In this document: positions 17,564 through 18,316 of the stretch, piece after piece
How positions within the stretch are numbered: the stretch's first letter is position 1
How the letters are laid out: each line of letters begins with the position of its first letter
Assembly (NCBI GenBank): GCA_051117555.1
Contig: JBNPEG010000167.1
Coordinates: 1-18,316, forward strand
Source: Elainellaceae cyanobacterium
GTDB taxonomy: Bacteria > Cyanobacteriota > Cyanobacteriia > CAZCXK01
Direction: 5' to 3'
DNA: 18,316 bases
The notes under the pieces: generated by a model
What the model saw: only the letters and a program-made list of their open reading frames with translations
Told to the model about the DNA's origin: nothing
Database searches by the model: none
Translations under genes and position numbers: made by a program

Positions 17564-17640
17564 TTGGTAGGGGCAAACAGGTTCACAGCGATCCGTTGAT
17601 CTCATGCAATCGATCATGATGAAACCTTTGCTCTTACCAA
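17564..17640 (+). other. Long imperfect stem-loop between apcB2 and apcD2
   Basis: TTGGTAGGGGCAAACAGGTTCA pairs with TGAAACCTTTGCTCTTACCAA (G-U pairs, small bulges); inner GATCCGTTG / CAATCGATC. Confidence 0.65.
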
Positions 17641-17695
17641 TTTCCAGAGGTCAACGCATCAACCCATTCAGCACGGTTTAGAACCATCATTAACT

Positions 17696-18175
17696 ATGAG
17701 CATTATCACTCAGGCGATCGCCAATGCCGATCGCGAAGTTCGCTACCTCAGTCACGGAGAGCTCAATGCCATTCGTACCTTCTTTGAAGACGGGCAACAG
17801 CGGCTCCGCATTTCATCAATCTTAACTGCCAACGTGAAAGAAATTGTAGAGAGGGGTAGCCAAAAGTTTTGGGAGCGATGCCCTATCACTCCAAGCAATA
17901 GCGGCAATCATACATTTCGATCATCATGTTTACGCGATCAAGAATGGTACATTCGCTTAGTGTCGTATGCAGTAGTCGCGGGAGATATCGATCCGCTTAG
18001 AGATAGCGGCATTAAAGGGGTAAAAAAAATGTATACCTCGTTGGAAATTCCTCTGCGAAATGTAGTTGAGTGTATGCGCTGTCTGAAAGAAGCCACTCTC
18101 GAAGAATTAAGTCTCGAAGATGCAAACGAAGTCGGGCCATACTTTGACTACCTCATCCAAGCCATGATGCCATAG
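17696..18175 (+). CDS. apcD2: Far-red allophycocyanin alpha-type subunit ApcD2
   Basis: ADREVRYLS, FWERCPITPSNSG, SCLRDQEWYIRLVSY, GPYFDYLI; follows apcB2 as in FaRLiP apc operons. Confidence 0.82.
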   Translation: MSIITQAIANADREVRYLSHGELNAIRTFFEDGQQRLRISSILTANVKEIVERGSQKFWERCPITPSNSGNHTFRSSCLRDQEWYIRLVSYAVVAGDIDPLRDSGIKGVKKMYTSLEIPLRNVVECMRCLKEATLEELSLEDANEVGPYFDYLIQAMMP

Positions 18176-18316
18176 TACTCAGCCCCATTAAAGTGACTAG
18201 AAACAATAGAGTAATCGACGTGATGGACGTAATGGAGCTTGGATAATCGATAAATAATTTAATCACTCCCAAGCCCTTCGATCACGTTATGCAAACACCA
18301 TCCACCCATCCACCCA

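Noticed and set aside
18289..18316. Possible start of apcE2 (ATG CAA ACA CCA...) at the right edge
   Set aside because: It runs into a CCATCCAC tandem repeat and does not resemble an ApcE N-terminus; too little sequence to call.

Overview
Cyanobacterial genomic segment (at least 14 HIP1 GCGATCGC octamers by eye) holding part of a Far-Red Light Photoacclimation (FaRLiP) cluster. The + strand carries chlF/psbA4 (chlorophyll f synthase), psaA2, psaB2, psaL2, psaI2, psaF2 and psaJ2 (far-red PSI), then rfpB, rfpA and rfpC (knotless phytochrome cascade). A minus-strand unit follows (psbO paralog plus a Cys-rich small membrane protein), and then apcD5, apcB2 and apcD2 (far-red allophycocyanin). A partial HlyD-family gene diverges at the left edge. 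FaRLiP itself is a known system. The most interesting unexplained signals are: (1) a shared motif with TTC cores every 11 bp upstream of chlF and apcD5, at nearly identical distance from both start codons, with a shorter match upstream of psbO2 (candidate RfpB box); (2) four back-to-back hairpins between psaB2 and psaL2; (3) an unusually long low-complexity tail on PsaI2; (4) the Cys-rich ORF apparently co-transcribed with psbO2; (5) palindromic MITE/REP-like repeats in operon spacers. Paralog names come from recognised motifs and synteny, not from database searches.
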